Shown: positions 36,811-51,776 of the stretch, piece by piece | How positions within the stretch are numbered: the first letter of the stretch is position 1 | Layout of the letters: every line of letters begins with the position of its first letter | Source of the DNA: Azolla caroliniana | Lineage: Eukaryota > Plantae > Polypodiophyta | Direction of reading: 5' to 3' | DNA length: 64,000 nt | NCBI GenBank assembly: GCA_043228905.1 | Contig: JBHGNT010000011.1 | Coordinates: 18,538,001 to 18,602,000, forward strand | Program-made: the position numbers and the translations under genes | The notes under the pieces: model-generated | What the model was told of the DNA's origin: nothing | The model's database searches: none | What the model saw: the letters and a program-made list of their open reading frames with translations, nothing else

Positions 36811-38371
36811 AGTGCATTGGATATATGTTGCACAAATCAAGTAGGACCGAGATGACAACATGTTGTCGATTACACAACTACTTGCAATATATGCATATAA
36901 AGCAATAAATATATATGTCCCCCATAGTGAATATGATTAATTGCTCTTATGATTTGTTGATGTTAGAGCCCTTGACGAGGTGTTGTGAGTTGTGACCAAT
37001 GCTCATAATAAGTCACACATTTGTTTCTATTGCTTTGTATAGTTGTTGGGCCCTCCAATTTGTGGTTCCAAACTTCCAACACATTTTCTCATAGAGGTTG
37101 GAAGTTAACCTAACCATGTGCCTACCTAAAGGCATTATAAGCATTTACATATAGGAAGAATGTGTTTTGAAATCAACACCTAAAAACACAATCCATATAA
37201 AGTAATCAATGTAATCATTATGTTAATAGGAAAGCATAATCGATCAAAAAATTTATCATTGTACATCACTAACCCATCACATGTGCCATGTTTGACATCA
37301 CAATCAATGCAAGTTGTCTAGACACATCAATGTTCAACTACAAGGACCAACACTTTAACATCTTATGTGTTCACAAATGAAATATTATTACAGCTTTCCT
37401 AATTATAAAAGACAAAAAGACGGTGTATTGTCCTCCATCCTTCACACATCAATAAGTTAAATCAAAATTTCCATGCTCCTTGAATCATGCATAAAGGATT
37501 GTGTATAGCTTGTCTCAATACACGCAAATGGGATCACAAATGTGAATGTATAGTTGTGTGAACATGTTTATATAGAGAGAGATAGTATAGGTCCACTTTG
37601 TGTGCTGATGTTCCACTTCCTTAAAACATGCACTTTGTCATTGTTGATTGTTTTGAAAGTTTGTATAGCTCATGAGATAACCCGTTCAAGTTTTTGAAAC
37701 CATATAATCTAACTAAATTGCAATTCACACACGCACACACAAAACCATCCTATAGGTGCATTAACGAGATCAATATGCAATGGATATTGAAGCTTGGATG
37801 ATGCAAACAACAACGATCAGTTCAAGGGAGGGAGCATGTATTGAAGAATCATCACTGTGAGGTGGGGATTCGAGACTCGGGTCTCTACGCAACAACACGA
37901 ACCAAGGGAGCCGAGGCTCGGCTGTCATGTCATGGATTAGTACCAACTTCCAAGGGGGGACACTTCTCTCTCCGGGTTTGGATTTATATATATATATATA
38001 TAATATATATATATTGGTCGTTTCATTGGTAGAACACAAAGAAAACAGAAGCAAGTAGTAATGTTTTGGTTTCTTAAAGAAAGTGAGAGAAAATTGAGAA
38101 GAAAACCAAAGCAAATTGAAGGAAGGAAGGAAGGAGACACACAAAAACACAACCAGAAGAAGAAGGAAAGAAAGAAAGAAAGAAAGAAAGAAAGAAGATG
38201 TTAAAATTTAGTTTTTATTTTTTTGGCCCCCCCCCCCCCCCCTCGTCCTCTGGCTCTCTGTGTCGGAGGCAGAGCAGGGGATCCCCGCTGTCCAATACAG
38301 AGCTCTCTTCCTATTCCTCTGTTTCGATTTTGCAGAAGATCGGAGAAGGGACAAGGGCTACAACAAGAGCT

Positions 38372-41300
38372 ATGGATCATCACCATCGCCATTTCCCTCC
38401 CCAGCACCCCCCCAATCGCCAGAGAGACTACGCCATGAAGCGCAGAATCAACCATGAAATGGAGCCCGAACCTTCTCTCCGATTCGAGAGAGGAAGAAAC
38501 TCGGCCGCGTTCGAAGAAGAACAGACCGTATTTAATCATGACAGAAGAATAATGGAAGCTTCTGATATGTCAGGTAACATATTTATGAACCACCCTTTGT
38601 TAGGCAGGAGATTTAATATGCATACACACGGGATAGAGGATGCATCCTCACATAGAGGGTTTAAAAGCTCAAGAGCTATGGGAATGCATCAAAGAGGCTT
38701 GGATAATCGTCCAAATATAAGCTTTGAGAATATAGCTTCTCCAATGCAGAGCTCCATAGACATCATGGACATGGCTCCAAGAGGTAATAGAAAAGATTCT
38801 AGAGGAATCGGAAATACTCAAACTTTCGGAAAGACTCGAGGAGGTCGTGTTCTCGAAGAATCAGTGAATTCTCTAGATGAGGATGATAAAGTAGAATATT
38901 TTGGAGGCAGCTGGGATCCGTATATATCGGGAATTATGAACCAAATACCCCTAAGCTCTGATGATCGTAGTTTAAATCCAAATCCTACACGATTGGAAAT
39001 GTCATCTCTTTCTGAAGAAGAATGTGGAAGTTTTGGTCATGCAAGAATCATTATCGATGGGTCTCATGTGGTCTCAGGAAATGTAAGAAGCCTAGAGAAT
39101 GCAGAAAGAGATCTAACACTATTAGAAATGCCGACTCAATCTAGAGAGGAATCTAGAAGCTTTGGTAATGGAAGAATCTCTATTGATAGGTCTTCAGTGG
39201 TCATGGAAAATGCAAGAATCTTAGAGCATGAGACAAGGAATGCATTTAGTCTTGCCAAAAGTATATCTAGTGCTGATAGCTATTTTGGAGATGGATTCAT
39301 GGCACCAAGCTTTGATAGGAAAAGGCTGTCTAATTTTATGCATGACAAAGACACCAGCAAAGACAAGGGAAAAACTCAAAGAGAGATGGATGAAGAGACA
39401 ATGCACGAGCTTCTGGTTCAGTACAAGACAGGTCTATCTGATCTTACATTCAACTCCAAACCCATTATTACCAACCTTACCATCATTGCTGGAGAAAACT
39501 TGCATGCATCCAAGGCAATTGCAGACACTGTTTGTGCACATATTTTAGAGGTGTGTATCATCCATCAACTCCTACAACTGAATCTTCTTGTATATTCATT
39601 ATGGTTCTTTTTATCATATCGTGAACACACATTATGATTCATCGATGTTTTCAATACTTTGTATTATTTGATTGCATTTTACAGTGTCTAAAAATTTGTT
39701 TACTTGAAAATATTTGGATATCCACCAGGCAGCTAAATTTAGTAGCTTGAATTTTTCAACACATTCTACTTTCTCTGTAATCTCAGTAATCTCAGTACAG
39801 TTCGTGCAGGTGGAACAATCTCTGCTTATTCAGATCACAATGTAAATGCTCTAAACACCCACTTTTGTTGTAACTCTTGTTGGTTGAGCATTGTTGTTTG
39901 GACACATGCCAAAGACATTTAGGATATTAGTTAGCTACTTCTGTACACTGCACATGATAGGCCATCGAGAGTGCTCACTGCTTGGTGGTAATATAATAAC
40001 AAAGATCACTGGCACTGAGATGCAATTTTGGTTACGACATCATCATGTTTCATGCAGACATGAGTCATGGTTATTTTATGTTGATCTAAGTTCTTAGCAA
40101 TGTATTTAAAGGTGTTTGGTTTAAAGCTGGGTTATTAATGCACAATGCACAATATCTATCATGGAGTTATTGACATAAAGCCGAGGCAGTTAAATGTCAA
40201 TTTAATTGTCTGTTAAAAGTTGGAATGCAGTACATTTACTATCTTGTTGTCTTAACTACTTCTTGGATTAATTTCAAAGTTGAAACTGCTTTTATGCTGA
40301 GTTCCAATGATTTAATGTAATAGTGAGAACTTTGTTTGTTTGATTTTGGATATGCTAATTCAGGATATTTCCCCTTCTAGGCTGCTGTTGATCAGAAGCT
40401 GCCCTCTCTCTATTTATTGGACAGCATCGTGAAAAACATATCCAATAGCTATGTCAAACATTTTGCTTCAAGGCTACCAGAGGTGATTTTGATTGAATGT
40501 CTATTGTACAGATTTTATGTATCTTCATCTGTTTCAGATAGATATTGGAAACACTATCCTCAGTAAGATCTGTCCTGAAGGTTCTTTATCTGGCAAAAAT
40601 CTATACAGGTATTTGTGAAGTCATACAGACAGGTTGATGCTTCACAGCATTCGGCCATGAAACACTTATTCAAGACATGGAGAGGGGTTTTCTCAAATGA
40701 AACACTTCGGAAAATTGAGGCAGAATTGCGGTTCAACATACTTGGAAATGACATTACCTATGCTCTTAATTCTGCAAAATCAAGCGATTCACCTCCACCA
40801 CATCAACATACAAGTCATGGTATCCATGTAAACCCAAAGTACCTAGAAACACAGAGGCAGAAATCACAACAGTCAAGCCAAGTGAGTTGCCTAAATTCAA
40901 TATCAGTTTTAGATTACATAGTGGCATGGTAATAGTTATTTTAGATTACATAATGTGGAGGCATTAGAGTTGGTAGAATTGTTACACAGCAGTTGTATGT
41001 AAAGAGGTTGACTTATTAGTGTGGATCTTTGAGGAACTCATTTCTGAATAAAAAAGTAATGTAGATACAGTTATTATTGTAGATGTCCCTCTTTTTAAAA
41101 GAGATTTGAGTTGTTTGTGTTAATCTTTGATGATCTCTTATCTTAATTAAAATGTAACGTACATGCAGTCATCGCTGTAAATTAAAAGATTGCAAATGCA
41201 TCTATGTTGAGGGGGCTTTGACTTTGATACCTGCATATAGGAATGTTTATGACATTTTAAATGGCGAAAGATTTTGTTGTGCAGCTTTTATCTGGGATTG

Positions 41301-44300
41301 AAAGAGATGCTTGGGCTGCTGCAGAGGTTGTCAATGTGAGCAAGTTAGCAGCAAGCTTGCCAGAATTTGATTATGCCTCTTTGGGTGGAGGAGGTGATAA
41401 GCCACTAAGCAGTTTTGAGAATAAAAATTCACGGGGTGGGGGTGATAATATCAGTAGAGAAGAGGAATCGTTACGAGTGCCAGGGACTATTCCATTTAGA
41501 TATGGTATGAGAAATGATTATGAGTTCCAGCAGCACACATCTAGATGTCTTGTCGATTCATATGGAAATGTCAGAGGCATCCGAGGTCAAAAGATGCCTT
41601 CTGCTGTTATTCACCCTCCCTATGATTTTGATAGCAGAGACAGAGGTCAAGGCAGAGAGAGGAAAAGTTCAAAAGAGGAATATCTATTGGCAGATGCCAG
41701 TCCAAGGTTGGAGGATCTAGAATGGAACTCAAGGAAAGAAAATCAGGGCTGGCATCACGGAGTTTCTGATAGGGACATGATTTTTCTAGAGTCAAGAAAA
41801 CCTTTTTCTGACCAAGTTACAACAGATCATTCTAGGTGGCTTGCAAGAAACCCAGATTTTTCTAGTGAAGAGAAGATTACAAGGGTAATTCAAGCTTCTC
41901 TAGATTTGCCAGCTCTTTCTGGAAATAAGTACTGTTCATCTCAAATAAATAAAGCCTTCTTAAATGTGGCAGGATGTAGATGAACATGTACTAAAGTCTA
42001 GCCAAAACGATTTTGTCGAGCCTCGGATAATGAGGCGAATGTCACATCCAATTGTTGGGTATAGGAACCAAGTGCCACTTTATTTGAGAGAGCAAGCTAA
42101 TCCTTCACATACACAATCAAGCATTCAGCCATTTCAAGTTAGGAGGAATGCTCCGGCGTACATGCTTGAATCAGCAAGTCAAGGCTACGAGCCAGAATCA
42201 TCAAGTCTCGAGCTCAGTTCAAGCAGCAAGACTATGACTGCAGGTTAGAAGTTAGAACTTGGCCACTTATTCGGATATTCGTACACAGAACCTTTTGATT
42301 TTGTTTACTGGTTCTCATAATTTGTCAGTCCTGTTTTAGGCTGGGATTTTAAGCAGACATTGCCTTCAAATGTGCTGGCAGCCTCTTCATTCGTCTCCAC
42401 TCCTGCTCAACCACCACAAAATGCATTATCCTCACAGCTTCATGTGTTTATTTCAGAAGGGCAGGCTTCAGATATGCAGCAAATTTCAGAACCATACGTG
42501 GCCATCCAACCTAATCAACCATATCCTGTCCTAAACCCATTAGAAGCTTCTCAACTACCAGATTTAACTGCATGCTCACAACAACCAGCAATGGTTCAAG
42601 GTCAAGCTCAAAATCAACCTGTATTGCCTCAATTACTACATCCTCAAATTCCAGCTCACCTGTTAGAGTCTCTTCATCAACAACTACAACGTCACCTACC
42701 ACCTCTTTCAGAAGATCTTCCTCAGCCTAGTAAGCCTGTGTCGTTGTTGCAAGTTTCTTCACAGTCAAATGCAGTAAGACAGTCACTCCCACAGCAATCA
42801 GAAGGACCAGTTTTGCTCTCACAAGCACTTGAATTAAGTGGGTCAATGCTCAGTGATAATGTGGTACATTCCGAGTTGCACAATCAAGTTATTACTAGTA
42901 ATGCATTAGTAGGTTTTTCACCGACAATCCCACAAGGTTATATTTCCCTTGAACCAGTGACAAATATCCGTCCTCAATTGGTGTCAAGACCCTCTTTTGA
43001 AATCCCTGCCTATCCACCATTGCCTAGTGGTCCACCACCTATATTAGAAGGAAAACCAACACACTATATACCTCCGATATCTGATTCAAAGAACACTATT
43101 ATAGCCCCTTCTTTGGCTATATCATCTCTCACCTCTACACGGTTATTGCAGCCTCCACTTCCTCGTGGTCCACCTCCTAAATCTTCTCAAGTGGGGAGCT
43201 CTCCACCGCAACTTCCATCTTTTTCAATTGTCAGCAACAACCTCACTTCACTTTTGTCCTCTCTTGTGGCACAGGGAATGATTTCTACTCCTTTGTCCAC
43301 GCAACAAGTAAATAACATCACTCCCACAGCTGTGATTTCTAGTTCTCAACCTTCTCTTCCTCATCAAGACAGTGGTGTGTGTGTGTCAATGGGGGGTTCT
43401 TTAAGCAATTTACCTCCCATTCTTCCACCAAGTACCATGGAATCAACGAGATTATCCACTGTAACGGTTTTTACAGAGAATCAAGAATCAGTAACTGGAG
43501 CTAGTAATGTTTTCACTGACGCATTACCAAAAACTCTTACTACAACTGAGTTTAGACCGAATCTCCTCCAAGAGAGGCATGCATCTGTAATTCGAGCTCT
43601 GTATCACGATTTTCCTAGACAGTGTACGTCTTGTGGACTGAGATTTAAGCAACAAGAAGAGCATAGCAAACACATGGATTGGCATGTATCCCGAAATCGC
43701 AGGCAAAAATCTTGCAAAAAGGTCTCCAGGAAATGGTATGTGAGTAGGGAAGAATGGCTTAGTGGTACAGGTGCAACTGAATCTGAGTCCTCTCCAGTTT
43801 TCTTTGCCGATGAGATAGTCGTAGAGAAACTTGAGGAGATAGTTGCTGTACCGGCAGATGAGAACCAAATTGCTTGTGCTCTATGTGGAGAACCTTTTGA
43901 AGATTTCTACAGTGATGATACTGAGGAATGGATGTATAGAGGAGCTGAGTATATGAATGCTGCCCCTGGAACATCTCCTCTTAGTAGCTTGTTGCGAGGT
44001 CCCATTGTTCATGTAAAGTGTCGGACGGAGTCGGCCTCTAGCACAGTTGTGGACACCTTTGAAGATGCTAAGCTTGTATGTCGTTTGATCCATATGTCTA
44101 ATAATATCTGATCATTGTTGTTTTTACTCATCAAATCTTTTTTCTTCATCAGGTTTTGGAGGATTTAGGGACAAATCATAGTCGTTAAATATGAATATTC
44201 TTTGCCTTGCTACAAATGTGGGGATCTCCATACTGGTTGGATGGATTTGCCTTGCAAGGCTGCAGGAGAATAACAATTATTTAGGTCATAAAAGGAAAAG

Positions 44301-44313
44301 AGTACGTCTCTAA
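38372..44313 (+). CDS. PCFS4: Pcf11/PCFS4-like cleavage and polyadenylation factor. Exons ~38372-39550, 40381-40482, 40609-40881, 41285-41884, 41973-42243, 42340-44075; last exon either 44153-44188 or 44266-44313. An in-frame upstream ATG lies at 38198
   Basis: CID domain [35 protein letters not shown] and [10 protein letters not shown]; IHVNPKYLE; zinc fingers [13 protein letters not shown] and [36 protein letters not shown]. Confidence 0.93.
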
Positions 44314-44760
44314 CCATTGTTTTCACCCGCACTTTTCACGTGGTACTTCTGTCTCTTTTGTATAATGCTCTGTAGATGCCTCAACTAACGTTAATTTATT
44401 TTGGTACCTCTTGAAGCAAATGTTGCAAGTGTATGTGAAACGTAAAATATGATATCTATTTAAGGATTTGGCTCCCCGCCTTCTATTCATGGAACTTGTA
44501 TTGTTATTTTGTCTTCTTAAACTGAGCTCAGCAGCAGTGGATTATTGCGATGGCTTAATGGTCTTCTAAAGACCAAGAAAACACTCCAGAACATTTGTAG
44601 TAGATGTAAATGAGTTTAATTTAGGTTACCTGTAAGATGAGGTGCTCCTCTTCAGTTTGACTTAATTGTCATTTATCCCTATATGTAGTTAGTTTTTGAC
44701 CAATGTATAATTTGAAGGTATATTTCATACACAGGTAATCTTGTGTGGACATGTTAATTC

Positions 44761-45197
44761 GGTCATTATAATTCTATCTAGAAGTCAATTAAGAGTGAAA
44801 ATAATTCAGTGATCATGGTTGGATGGGGAGAAACCTTGTCTAGTTCAGAGTGCAGGGTGACCTTGACTCTTGTGATGTACTGGGAGTGACAATTATGTAA
44901 TTTGCAATGCAACAATTGATAGGTGTTCAATGAGAGCATTTCCATGGTGGATGTCCATGCTTGACTGAAGATTATAATTTGGTCATTATAATTCTATCAA
45001 CAACTCAATGAAGAGTGAAAAGAATTCAGTGACCATGGTTGGATGGGGAGAAACCTTGTCCAGTTCAGAGTGCAGGGTGACCTTGACTCTTGTGATGTAC
45101 TGGGAGCGACAATATGTAATTTGCAATGCAACAATTGATAGGTGTTCAATGAGAGCATTTCCATGGTGGATGTCCATGCTTGACTGAAAGATTATAA
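44761..45197. repeat. 220-bp tandem duplication downstream of PCFS4
   Basis: GGTCATTATAATTCTATC...CTTGACTGAAAGATTATAA occurs at 44761 and 44981 with high identity. Confidence 0.93.
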
Positions 45198-48100
45198 CAT
45201 GGTGATGTTATCTATTTAGGCCTGGTAGATAATGAAGTGGATTCAGGTTCAGATTTCTTTAAATTTATTATTGTTTTCTGCATGCAACCAAGTTGAGGTT
45301 GCATATCTAATGGCAATAGATAGATTTGTTAAGATTAATCATAATTGGTAGAAAGATTGTGAAGACCCTACTAGAGGAGTTTCATAGAAGCCTTGTGAAG
45401 CTAACATAGGGATTAAATTTTGTTGGTCATACGAACATGTAGAAGATTAAGTTGAAAAGAAGATGCACTTCTTATGAACAGTTCATGAATGCACATCATG
45501 TTATTATTGTATGGTGATCAAGCAAATAGAGAAGCTTCTGAATGTGCGCTAGTTATTGAGTATCCTAGACTGTCATCCTCTCTTGAATTCAGCATACTAG
45601 ATTGGTGACAAGTATGGCTTCTTTACACTCTGCAATCATAGTGGTTGTGTAATAGTCAGGTATGAATGATTGAAGCTTTTGATTGTAACCCACCATCTTC
45701 AATGATCATTATCTGTGAAGGTTCGTCTTACATTTGGTCTTTCTTTAAATCGTGCTTACTTATTTGTACATGGGAGGTAAAAATGGCACTTAATGCAATC
45801 CCGAGTGCAACAAGAAGATGAGTTTTGTAAGCAACCGTTTGTCAGATTTGATATTAAAATTAAGTTTTTCAACAAATCAACATTACTATTACTCCATTAT
45901 GATTCTTCCATGCTTTTCTATCATAACTATACTTGAGTCTCTTTCACGCTCTTCTTTTTCTTGCTGGAAACCACAATGAAAAGTTAGTGAAAGACGATGA
46001 TATACCACAACAATTTAGTAACAAAGAACTGTCATGTCTTTCCTTAGCTCTGTTACTCCTAATTTTACTAGTTAGCCAAGGGCTATACATGTAGGATTCC
46101 CACAAGAGTGTTTGGAACTAGCTTGTTACAATAAATTGGACAAAATCAATTCGTTATGCATATAGACCATGTTTGTCTAGACCACAACACCATTAAGTTT
46201 GATAGCAACAAATCAAGGTGGTTATCATTTGACACTAAAGATTCTTCCGAGACCTCACCATCTTGGATTAGTGCATGTTGGAGACCTCATGAAGTTAGAA
46301 AGTTCTGTCCATCAAAAGTCATGTTGGAGTAAGAAGTATTCAACTACTGGGATTATTTGGTACCTTAAGCAATTTTATTAATTTACTTATTGATTTTGGT
46401 TTGTTATTCTGATTAATCTCTTGTTTGGTCTCATATGCATTTTAGACTCTTAAAATAAGTTAATCTTTCTCCCACCTATTTTTGAAATCTAAATTTTTTT
46501 TCTCTTTGAAAGGCTCTAAATTATCATAATTGTTGATACAAAGCATAGAACGACTGTGAGTGTGTGTGATAGATAAAGATTTCATTATCGTTCTTGGAGT
46601 TCAATAGGACATACATGATCAATAGTGTATCATCTTTTCAATGTGGGGAGCTGAGTAGCAACTCTCTACGTTCAAGCATTTTACTATTAAACATTTCAAT
46701 CTAGATAGCGCATTATGGTTGAGTAATGTGTATAGAAGTGGATCGGGTCGATAATATGTGGAAACCAAATTCAAACATGGTCTAATGGAGCACATTGTAT
46801 GAAGGTATGATAATTCTTGAATTGATTTATGGCAAAATATGCATTGTCAATGAGACTCAATTTTTGTGTGATGTATTCGATTGAAGAAATTGTGCACCTA
46901 GTTGTATTGACCCAATGGTGTGGATGGCCGAAAAAGATGGGCTCTAGCATGTATCAATCAATGTACTTTCTTTGTTCAAAGGAGATGATTTTGTAGCTTG
47001 GTGAGACATATGCATTATAATGTGCCATGAGCTTCCTAACTTTTCCAATTTGTGATACATTGGTGTTGAAAAAAAGCCTCGTTCATGTAGGAATTTATTG
47101 ACGTAGCAAGTGTGATGTGTCCAAATTTTTATAACATTTTGACAGATCTAGCATCCATTTGTTTACCCAAGCTTTTCATGTGATCCTCGAAGGTTAATGC
47201 AAGGATTGTTTAAAATTTATGCGAGGGTGTTGAGAGAGAGAGAGAGAGAGAGAATGTATTTACCCAATCATCAAAAATAAAAATGGAACTTAACCTAAAA
47301 GAGTTCTAGTATTGTACAAAACGTGATATGATGTAACACATTCCATAAAGGAAATGACTTTGTACTAGGCCTAGTTCCATTTCCATCCAAACCTGTCGAA
47401 AAGAATTGGGAGGTCAAAGGGTTTCAATGTGGGTGTGACCCATGGTCCCGGTGTAGAAGGTACCCCAACCATGGCTTCTAGACGGTGTAGTTCACGTTCC
47501 CTTATTTTCTTAATTGCTTCACGCCACGTCGAGTTGCTATGAAACCTGGCATCCGAGGGCCTTTGGTTCTTCTTTGGTTTTCTGCTTCATCAAGGAAGAG
47601 GCCGAATGGTGCAGGTGTGTCTAGAGAGAGATCTATAGATAGATTTTTAATATCCACAAAAACTACTTCCAAGGCCTAGCCCATGGCAAAGATTGAAATT
47701 AGGATCTCTCAAAATAATGACTTTGATGCTATGGTGTGAACCACCAAGCCATTCAATAATTTCTGAAATTGATCCATGAAATGGTTCTTGTGATATTGGG
47801 GCCTACCACTAGTTAAGCTTGATATTCATGACATCAAAGGTTTTTTTATTCTAGGATATTGTGTTGTGGACTCAAGTATTCTCCCACAATAGGAATAGGT
47901 TATGGATTCTACAGAGGTAATATATGGATTGAATGAGCATTTACTGATTTGGTGTCTATTGCATTGATACATTTCTGAGGTGTTCTCTAGCCAGTTCAAA
48001 TCATGGATTTACTGTATTAGAACAAAATGAATTTCTGAACAAGGATCAGTTAATTTAATAAGACATATCTATGAGCCTTGGCATGGTCATAATACAGAAG

Positions 48101-48231
48101 CACCATGAAGTATTTAATTATTAGAACCAGAGTCGAAGTTTCTGCTTATCTAAACGATAGCCTCTGTCCTGGAGAACATGAAGAGGCCCCATCCAATTAA
48201 GGAAAGAATGGCCACAATTATATGAATGAGT

Positions 48232-50634
48232 TCACAATCGAGTACAGCTAATATCAAAATCAGCGGGTGCAACCTGTTGGATCCAATCACTAAGATTCTT
48301 CTTTGTGTGGTGGTTGTGCACAAAAGCCAATTCATACATGCTACAAAGGTTCAAAACTAAGCTCTCATTTAGGGCAAGCAGTGGAGCCTTATCAAGTATA
48401 CTCTCAAGTGCTTTTGTTGATCCAATCAGATCTCTTGAGTACATACTGCATAATGCTTTGTTATTTGCTGAAATAATATCTACTGGGTCTATTGCAAGGG
48501 CTGCATCAAATTCCTTGATAGCTTCATTGTACTGCTTAAGAGCAACAAGTTTCATGCCTCGATTTCGACAAACCAGACCTTTCAAATGTGATGAATGTGG
48601 GCCACTCGTTTCATCCACTATTCTTTCAACTTCTGCAAACACTTGACTTGCACTGTTTAGATCTCCGAGTTGCATTAGAACATACCCAAGTTTGGAGCAC
48701 AAAAAAGGATCCGAAGGATGATTTGATAAGAGCTGCTTGAACCATTTCAAAACCAACATAAAGTCCTTCTGGTTCAAATGATGACTTATAATACAACTGA
48801 TGACAAATTCTTGCCGTTGCTTCCAGCGTTTCAGGTTATCATCACTGTTTCGGCCTGCAGTTTCCTCCACATCATTTAGGGCTGTACTCATTTCAGAGAC
48901 AAAGTCCCCAAATTCATTATCTGACTCTGCCTCAGCCTCATAATTACTGGCTGAATTCACGCCTTGAATAGGCTTCATTTCTTGGGTTTTTTCTTTTCCA
49001 ACCTCAATGTTGCCATCCATAGACTGTATTGTCATTGCCTCGATTTTTGGAGCAACTGAATAATCTGGACATTTAAACTGACTACAATGAAAATGTAGAA
49101 CATCTATGCAGCATTGTCATAAAGTACTCGAATAAATTTTTTATAATATCTTGATAATCAAAAAAGTTTTCAGTACGAGGGAAATAATGAATGACGCCTG
49201 GTATTACGGCATAAAAAAAGTGGATATATATCAAGCTGAAGAGTTTTACAGAATTGCAACTATAATCTTAGACAGCCAGAACCTAAGCTGCAGTTTACAA
49301 TGACAAATATATCGCACAGCAAGCTTTTAAGATTTTCTAAAGCTAAATCAGACAAGGAAAACAAGTTGCAACTCGCTTTTTATCATCTTATTCTTGAACT
49401 ACAAGTTCACATTCCTGATAAGAGAGACGAGAGCTTGAGAGAAAAACCCATATCATGATTAAAAGAGTGCATTGACAATGAGATTCTGCATTCATCTACG
49501 TGAATATTAGATGAGGCTGGTCACTGGTTGGCTTACGTAAATCCTGCGAGAGGTATTTCAAAAGGTATTTCAACCTCTCTGAATATGAAAATCCTTGATT
49601 TTTTCTCCACTCTTCTAATTGCCTACAGTCATTATCTATATTTCCCTTATATCGATTAATTGTAAGTCATGAATGATAGTAAATATGTAGAAAATATGCT
49701 AATGCAAAAAGATAGCATACAATGTTTACTATGATGACTATACTGCCTCCAACATGTGAATCCTAACCATACAGATTAGCTGCAATTAAGCCATGATTGT
49801 ATAACTTAATGGGTTTAGTTGGCATTGAATATCATCTCTGATGAGTGAGTGGTGTCATTACCATGCCATATGGACGAATAAGCTGCCATGATATACGACC
49901 TATGGTTTACTACACTAGGTGGAGAACATGACCAAGGACGGAATAATGTTGGTATTTACCACATAATTATGAATGCAAAAATGTCATCTCTGATCGGTGT
50001 GAGGATGAATAAATGCAAATAATTTGTTGACCCAGCTATTTACTTGCTTACAAAGCATACCAATTTGTGCTGTACTTGGTGCGGGGGGTACACGTTGCAA
50101 AGAAGAAGGATCTACAGATTTATCTTGTAATTCATATTCCAAAGGAGCAGATAAAGATTCAAGTCGATGTATCCGTTCTCTGCAATGATTGTGAAGGGCA
50201 TAAAGTCTTTCCATGGTTACAGAAGATTGTCCCATACGGTGAGGGAGCTCTGCATGGATCCATCTCAAGACGAAAGGAATCATGGAGCCTGATCTGTTAG
50301 GGTAAATCTGAGGAAAGCTCTCGAACTGATACTGCGGACCGTCCAGGTCGGAGAGAGCCTCGAGTTCCACCGAGGCATCGCCATAGCTGCGAAGTTTGAA
50401 GAGGGAGAAGAGGAGGTGTGCGTTGTAGATGATCTGTTCGTGAGGGTAATGAGGGAGGGAGAGCTTGCGGGCATGGGAGACGGCATCTACGACAGATCGC
50501 CATGATCCCTGGCGAGCGAAGTCTTGAAGAGCCGAGACGTTGTAGCAGAGAGAATCGAAGCCTTCGCTGGTGTGCAGGAAAGCTCGTCTTCCATGCTCGG
50601 GGAGGGCGGGGGCGGGGGCGGGGGCCATAGCCAT
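48232..50634 (-). CDS. TRAPPC12: Trafficking protein particle complex subunit 12-like TPR protein. Exons ~50634-50061 and 49064-48232
   Basis: GSWRSV, YPNRSGSMIPFVLRWIHAELP, TPRs, NNKALCSMY, LNESLVLNLCSMYELA and a C-terminal APADFDISCTRL typical of TRAPPC12/TTC15. Confidence 0.85.
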
Positions 50635-51776
50635 GGCCGGCCCTCTGTCTGTCTTTGTGCGGGAGGGAAGAAGCCTCTGGTTGTATGTATGTACATAACA
50701 AGAAGAAGGAGAAGGAGAAGGAGAAGAAGAAGGAGAAGAAGAAGAAATGGTTGATTGCTTGTCCCAGCCATTTCCGAGCAGCTGACCATATGTTTGTTTG
50801 GCTGGCCATTTGCTACCCCATGCTTCTTCTGGAAGCACCCGTCCGTATGTTTGGCCGCCCTAACGAAGAAAGCTACAAGTCTACCTTTTATTTTCAGTTT
50901 CCTAATCTACGACAAAATGGTTGTTCCGTAGAATCTTGAATTCTTTAACTGCCTGCCACATAAAGAAGTGTCACCCCCTTGATTAATCACGATTTGATAT
51001 GTATATTAACTTATATGCATTGTTCTTAATTGCTTAAAAGATGGAAAGCAATTTCCCCATAAATACTGCCAAAATCATGACCTCAAGTCAACTACCCTGT
51101 CTGGGTCATCTACTTTTCGCTCTTCTCAGCCCTCGTGATACCAAATGGCCTCTTCTAGCTGGGCTCAGAATCATATAGCTGTAACATTTTGTACACAAAT
51201 TTTAAAGTGCATTGCGTGGATGGTGAAGATCAAGCATTGTACATATTTATGTAAGTTGATGATTATTGAGTTTTTCCCAACATTACCCACTCACATAAAA
51301 CATTTAGCCATCTTATTGTTTCAACTAAAACCTATTTCAAATGAAATTGATTTGGTCCGAAGGGGTAAGGTAACAAACTTATAGGGACACAAGATCTTAG
51401 ATTTATCAACAAAATGTGTACACTACCAAGGGTTTGATAGAAAACTGTTATCAATTGACATAAAAAAGAAGATAGGTTATAATGAGAATGAATCTTTTTG
51501 TCCAACTTGAAAGTGGAGAAAAACCTGCTGTATTACATCCATCTAATATAAAAGAACCACCTCTTTACACTCGATGAACCGTTGACAAAAGATTACAATT
51601 TGTTTGATTTCAAATACAATGAGCAGTGAAGGGAATGGAGTAGCTTTAGAGGATCCACAATCATCACTGCATGTAGTTAATCTAATTTCAAAGTTGTGTA
51701 TAAAGAAGGTAAGAGCTATTTATATGTATTTCCTCCACATATTTGGATAGATTACAACATGTCACATGGAAGTAGG

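Noticed and set aside
47675-47755. tRNA/SINE-like A and B boxes on the minus strand
   Set aside because: The B box is too degenerate and no cloverleaf can be drawn.
50635-50838. N-terminal extension of the TRAPPC12 ORF
   Set aside because: It crosses a CT-rich repeat typical of 5' UTRs; the ATG at 50634 is the more plausible start.
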